Part shown: positions 59,885-64,000 of the stretch, one piece after another
How positions within the stretch are numbered: position 1 is the stretch's first letter
Layout: the number at the start of each line of letters is the position of its first letter
Translations under genes and position numbers: made by a program
Notes under the pieces: generated by a model
What the model was told of the DNA's origin: nothing
Databases searched by the model: none
What the model saw: only the letters and a program-made list of their open reading frames with translations
NCBI GenBank assembly: GCA_963778655.1
Contig: CAVZVA010000003.1
Location: 736,001-800,000 of the forward strand
Length of the DNA stretch: 64,000 nt
From: an uncultured delta proteobacterium
GTDB taxonomy: Bacteria; Myxococcota_A; Polyangia; Polyangiales; JAFGIB01
Direction of reading: 5' to 3'

Positions 59885-61588
59885 TCAGAGGCTGTCCTTC
59901 AACGGGGGGACGCTGCTGCCGCGCAGGACGTTCTTGAGGATTTTGCCGGCGGGGTTTCTGGGCAGCGGGTCCTCGGTGAACTCGACGATCTCCGGCACCT
60001 TGAACTTGGCCAGGTGCTGGGCCACGTGGGCCTGCACCCGCAGCCCGTCGATGTCAGAGTCGGGGCGCTTGCGCACGATCGCCTTGACGCGTTCGCCCAG
60101 GTCCTGGTCGGGCACGCCGATCACGGCGGCTTCCTCGATCTCGGGGTGGTCGCTGATGCAGTTCTCGATCTCGACGCAATACACGTTCTCGCCGGCGCGC
60201 AAGATCATGTCCTTGGCGCGGTCGGAGATGTACAGATAGCCCTCCTCGTCGAGATAGCCCACGTCGCCGGTGTGCAGCCAGCCGTCGCGCAAGGTCTCGG
60301 CGGTGGCGTCCGGGCGGTTCCAGTAACCAGGCGTGAGGGTCGCGCCGCGCAGGCAGATCTCGCCGCTCATGCCGGGCGGCAGGGTCTTGCCCTGCGCGTC
60401 GACGATCTTGGCTTCGAGGATCGGCATCGGGCGACCCACCGAGCCCTTCTTGCGTTCGAGCTCGGCACCGCTGATCGCGCTGGCCATACCGTGACACTCG
60501 GTCAGACCGTAGGAGGCGCCGGCCTGCGGCTTGCTCGACAGCAGGCGCGAGGCCTTCTGCAGCAGCTCGGGCGCGGCCGGCGCGCCGCCGGTGGAGATGC
60601 CTTGCAGCGACGAGAGGTCGTGCTCGCCGAGCTTGGGGTGGTCGAGCAGGCGCTGTAGCAGCGTCGGGATCGCCATCCAGGTGGTGATGCGCTCGCGCTC
60701 GATGAGGCGCATCACCTCCTGCGCGTCGAACTTGGGCGGGCCGAACACCAGCCGCGTGCCGGCCGTCATCGCGGTGCAGACCGTGCTGTGCAGCCCGGCC
60801 ACGTGGAACAGCGGCGAGGTGAGCAGGGTGGCCATCGCCTGGCCGGTGGCCGCGGCGTCCTGCAGCGGGTTCTCGCCGCGCACCAGCATCCCGACCACGA
60901 AGTTGTGCAGAATGCCATGGACCTGCGCGATCGTGCCGCGATGGGTCGTGATGCAACCCTTGGAACGGCCGGTGGTGCCCGAGGTGTAGAGGATGACGAA
61001 CGGATCGTCCTCGGCGATCGGCACCGCGGGCGGATCGGCGCGCCGCTGCAGCAGGCTCTCGATCGGCAGCGTGCCTTCGGGCGGCCGTTCGCCGATGTAG
61101 AACACCTTCTCGAGGTGCTCGATGCCGTCGATCACCGGAGCGACGCGCTCGTACAGGTGCTCGTCCACGATCAGGTAGCGGCAGCCCGAATCGCGCAGCC
61201 CGTACGCGATTTCCTCCGTGTGCCACCAGCCGTTGAGGCCGACGGCCACAGCGCCGGCCGAAGTCGCGCCGAACAGCGCGATCAGCCACTCGGGTCGGTT
61301 GTAAGCGAGGATGCCGATGCGGTCGCCCTTCTCGAGGCGATGCTGCTCGATCAGCGCATGGCCCGAGCCCCAGGCCAGCTCGCCGAATTCGGCGTAGCTG
61401 ATCTGCCGCCCGCCGTAGACCAGGAACGGCTTGTCGCCGTGCAGCACCGCCGCGTTCTGCACCTTCTCGCGCATGGAGCGCTCGCGCTGCTTGAACACGC
61501 GCGCCGGCCGGCCCAGCACGTCTTCGGTGGCGAGCTCGAAAATGCCCCCGGGGCCTTCGAGCAGGGCGCGCGCTTCCTCGTAGGTCAT
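59885..61588 (-). CDS. Long-chain acyl-CoA synthetase (AMP-binding)
   Basis: YTSGTTGRSKG, YGLTE, WLHTGD, RNPAGKILK. Confidence 0.95.
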   Translation of the reverse strand: MTYEEARALLEGPGGIFELATEDVLGRPARVFKQRERSMREKVQNAAVLHGDKPFLVYGGRQISYAEFGELAWGSGHALIEQHRLEKGDRIGILAYNRPEWLIALFGATSAGAVAVGLNGWWHTEEIAYGLRDSGCRYLIVDEHLYERVAPVIDGIEHLEKVFYIGERPPEGTLPIESLLQRRADPPAVPIAEDDPFVILYTSGTTGRSKGCITTHRGTIAQVHGILHNFVVGMLVRGENPLQDAAATGQAMATLLTSPLFHVAGLHSTVCTAMTAGTRLVFGPPKFDAQEVMRLIERERITTWMAIPTLLQRLLDHPKLGEHDLSSLQGISTGGAPAAPELLQKASRLLSSKPQAGASYGLTECHGMASAISGAELERKKGSVGRPMPILEAKIVDAQGKTLPPGMSGEICLRGATLTPGYWNRPDATAETLRDGWLHTGDVGYLDEEGYLYISDRAKDMILRAGENVYCVEIENCISDHPEIEEAAVIGVPDQDLGERVKAIVRKRPDSDIDGLRVQAHVAQHLAKFKVPEIVEFTEDPLPRNPAGKILKNVLRGSSVPPLKDSL

Positions 61589-61769
61589 GAACTACTCCCT
61601 AGATATGGACGGAGCTGTAGGTAAGCGAATCGGCCCTCGCCGGTCAAGGCAGGTGGCCGCGCGCAGGCTTATCCGTTGAGCGCATAACGCAGCTCGTCGA
61701 GCGAAGGCTTGCCGAAGCGGTCAACTCCATGGCCGAAGCAGCCGGCACGGCAATCGGCTGAGAAGCGCG

Positions 61770-63680
61770 CTACACACCTGAGCCGGCCAGCTTTCGCACG
61801 CGTTCCGCGATGTGGTCCGGGTCCAGACCCTGGTGCGGCAGCTGCTCCCACAGGCCGCCAACGCCGGAACGGGTGGTGCCGAGGTGGTCGTAGCGCGGGC
61901 TATAGCCGCGGCGCAGCAGCCACGTGCCATAGCGCACGCCGAGCCCGGTGTTGCGGTTCTGACTCTCGACCAACAGCACGAAGGGACTCTTGCCCGCAAG
62001 CGCCAGCGCGTCCTCGTCGATCAGGTTGAGCGTGGGCTTGTGGATCAAGCCTACGTCGAGGCCCTGCTCGCGCAGGCGCTCCACCGCGTCGAGCGCGCGG
62101 AACACCATCTCTCCGTAGCTGACCACGTAGCCGGCGCTGCCCGTGCGGATCACGTCGTCCTTGCCGGGCTCGAAGCGGTAGTCGTCGCCGAACCGCAGCT
62201 TACCGTCGGCGCCGAGGATGTCCGGCACCGGCGAGCGCGTGGAGAACACGAAGCGCAAGCCCGGGTCGCCGAACACGCGCTCGACCACGGCGCGCATCTG
62301 GTGCTGATCGGCCGGGAAGTACAGCCTGGTGTGGTCGCCTTCGGGCAGGCCATTGTCGGCGAAGAAGTTGTTGACGCCGAAGTGGCAGGTGTTGTCCGCC
62401 ATGTCGTCGACGCCTGCGTGTGAGAAGTGCGCGAGCACATTGGCCTCGTTCAGGCGCGCCATGGTGATCTCGCTGATCAGCATCTCCAGGAACGCCGAGA
62501 AGGTGGCGAACACCCCCTGGCTGCCCGGCTCCATCCCGAAGCCGGCCGCGGCGGAATAGTTACCGCGCTCCATCACACCCCCTTCGACGTAAAGCTCCGG
62601 AAACGCCTTGCGCACGTGGACCAGGCCGCAGGAGCCCTCGAGGTCGTTGTCGAAGACGCGCACGCGGGCGCGCTGCTCCGCGCTCAAGTTGCCGAGCACC
62701 TGCACCAGCGCGGCGCCGAAGATCTCGCGGTTCTTGCCCCATTCGCCGGGCCCAATGCCGCGGAAGCTCTTGGGTCGCTTGCCGGCGCTGAGCGACTCGA
62801 GGTAGCGCACCGCCTCGGCGTGCCCGCGCGCGGCCAGGTAGGGCGCCGCGAGCTTGGCCTTGATCACGTCGTGGGCCTTGGGGCTGCCTTCGAGACCGGT
62901 CAGGCCGGTCGCCATCGTGCGCTTGTTGATCAGCGCGACCGGGCCCTTCAGCTGCAGCGCCCGGCACATCCGCGCGTGCAGCGCGTCGAGATCCTCACCT
63001 TGGCCGACATCGACTTGCAGCCCGTGCCCCGCCAGCGTTCGTGCGAGATCGTAGCCCGGCATGTACTGGCTGGGATGGCCGCTGATGGTGACGTCGTTGT
63101 CGTCGATCAGCAGCTTGAGCTCGAGCCGCTGCGCGACCGCCATGCGCGCAGCCTCGGCGTCGTTGCCCTCCATCTGCGAGCCGTCGGAACCGAACAGCAT
63201 GACAGCCTTGTCCGGGTGCGCCATCGCCACGCCGTTGACGAACGGCCACAAGTGGCCCAGCCGCCCCGAGGAGAACGCCACCCCGGGGGTCAGGCCGCGC
63301 TCGGGGTGGCCGGGAAGCTGCGCACCGGCCTCGCGGTAACGCAGCAGGCGCTCCGCCGCCATGTGGCCGCGCAGCACGCTGAGCAGGTACTGGATCGCCA
63401 CCCTGTGCCCGGCCTCGTCGAAGCAGATCGGCACGATCGCGGCGGCCGCCGGTCCGTGCATCATGCCGTCGGCGATCAACAGCTCCGGCACGATGTCGTA
63501 GGGGCCGCCGGTGTGGCCGCCGAGCCCCTTGGCCTCGGCCACCGCGGTGAAGAACACGATGCTGTCGCGGCACAGCTGGATGTTGCGCTGCAGCTGCGCG
63601 CGCTGCGCGTCGCTGAGGCTAGGTACGGCGGGGTCCAGTGCCACGCGCTGGAATGCGCCGAGATCGATCGGGAAGGCCAT
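61770..63680 (-). CDS. Transketolase-like TPP enzyme
   Basis: GGHTGG, LPGHPE, SSGRLG, SDGSQMEG...DDN TPP motif. Confidence 0.88.
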   Translation of the reverse strand: MAFPIDLGAFQRVALDPAVPSLSDAQRAQLQRNIQLCRDSIVFFTAVAEAKGLGGHTGGPYDIVPELLIADGMMHGPAAAAIVPICFDEAGHRVAIQYLLSVLRGHMAAERLLRYREAGAQLPGHPERGLTPGVAFSSGRLGHLWPFVNGVAMAHPDKAVMLFGSDGSQMEGNDAEAARMAVAQRLELKLLIDDNDVTISGHPSQYMPGYDLARTLAGHGLQVDVGQGEDLDALHARMCRALQLKGPVALINKRTMATGLTGLEGSPKAHDVIKAKLAAPYLAARGHAEAVRYLESLSAGKRPKSFRGIGPGEWGKNREIFGAALVQVLGNLSAEQRARVRVFDNDLEGSCGLVHVRKAFPELYVEGGVMERGNYSAAAGFGMEPGSQGVFATFSAFLEMLISEITMARLNEANVLAHFSHAGVDDMADNTCHFGVNNFFADNGLPEGDHTRLYFPADQHQMRAVVERVFGDPGLRFVFSTRSPVPDILGADGKLRFGDDYRFEPGKDDVIRTGSAGYVVSYGEMVFRALDAVERLREQGLDVGLIHKPTLNLIDEDALALAGKSPFVLLVESQNRNTGLGVRYGTWLLRRGYSPRYDHLGTTRSGVGGLWEQLPHQGLDPDHIAERVRKLAGSGV

Positions 63681-63775
63681 GGCCCGGGGTTTCTACCAGG
63701 TTTGGGCCGACTTCCAAACGGCGATGAGCCCGTGGGGAGCGGGCAGGTCCCCGGATCGGGCGCCGCCCCCAGGCG

Positions 63776-64000
63776 CTACTTGGCCGCGCCGGCGATCGGA
63801 TCGCTGTCGTCCAGGCCCGCCAGAGAGTCGAGGATCTTGCCCTTCTTCGATTCCTGGCTGCGCTCGTAGATATGGCGCTGCTTCTCGCGCGCCTCTTGCT
63901 CGGCGCGCTGCTTGCGCGCGATGTACTCCTCGCGCGTCTCAGCGTGCTGGCCGTTGCCGAAGATGCTGCGCTTGCCCGTCTCCTTGGAGGCGATCGCGCC
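63776..64000 (-). CDS. C-terminal 74 aa of a hypothetical protein (runs off window)
   Basis: Open frame GAIASKETGKRSIFG...DPIAGAAK-stop; charged helix. Confidence 0.55.
   Translation of the reverse strand, partial: GAIASKETGKRSIFGNGQHAETREEYIARKQRAEQEAREKQRHIYERSQESKKGKILDSLAGLDDSDPIAGAAK

Overview
High-GC bacterial DNA. The gene content (myxobacterial-type minor pilin/PilY1 cluster, GltJ/AgmX-like protein, Cys-rich lipoproteins, Hanks-type kinase) points to Myxococcota, probably Polyangiales-like; this is inference. The window has two parts. (1) Positions 1-18992 are an approximately 19 kb integrative element inserted in tRNA-Leu(CAG) (18941-19024, minus strand). The first 25 nt of the window repeat 18968-18992 exactly, and the match breaks inside the anticodon loop. 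The element core is an overlapping excisionase-like HTH / tyrosine integrase pair translationally coupled to an HTH + Rep_trans-like initiator or relaxase, whose 5' end is split by an IS21-family element (14238-16888, 7-bp target duplication). Its cargo is mostly candidate defence or toxin-antitoxin genes: an MtlR/HEPN-like RxxxxH protein, a RosmerTA-like toxin + XRE-ImmA pair, and FRG + HipA-like kinase + DUF3037. It also holds two decayed genes (DUF433; nucleoside-deoxyribosyltransferase/TIR-like), a serine recombinase + RHH pair, and an XRE-flanked TPR + DUF1566 surface-protein pair. (2) Positions 19025-64000 are host chromosome: fimU-pilV-pilW-pilX-pilY1, hisC, flavin reductase, mreBCD-mrdA-rodA, secreted/lipoprotein genes (one frameshifted), a Ser/Thr kinase, FAH, an orphan ParB-like gene, a GltJ-like gene, msrA, a CoA transferase, emrB/emrA-type efflux, an RRM protein, a three-gene DyP-peroxidase cluster, an acyl-CoA ligase and a transketolase-like enzyme. 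No CRISPR array, rRNA or reverse transcriptase was seen. All family calls come from motif recognition by eye; no database searches were run.
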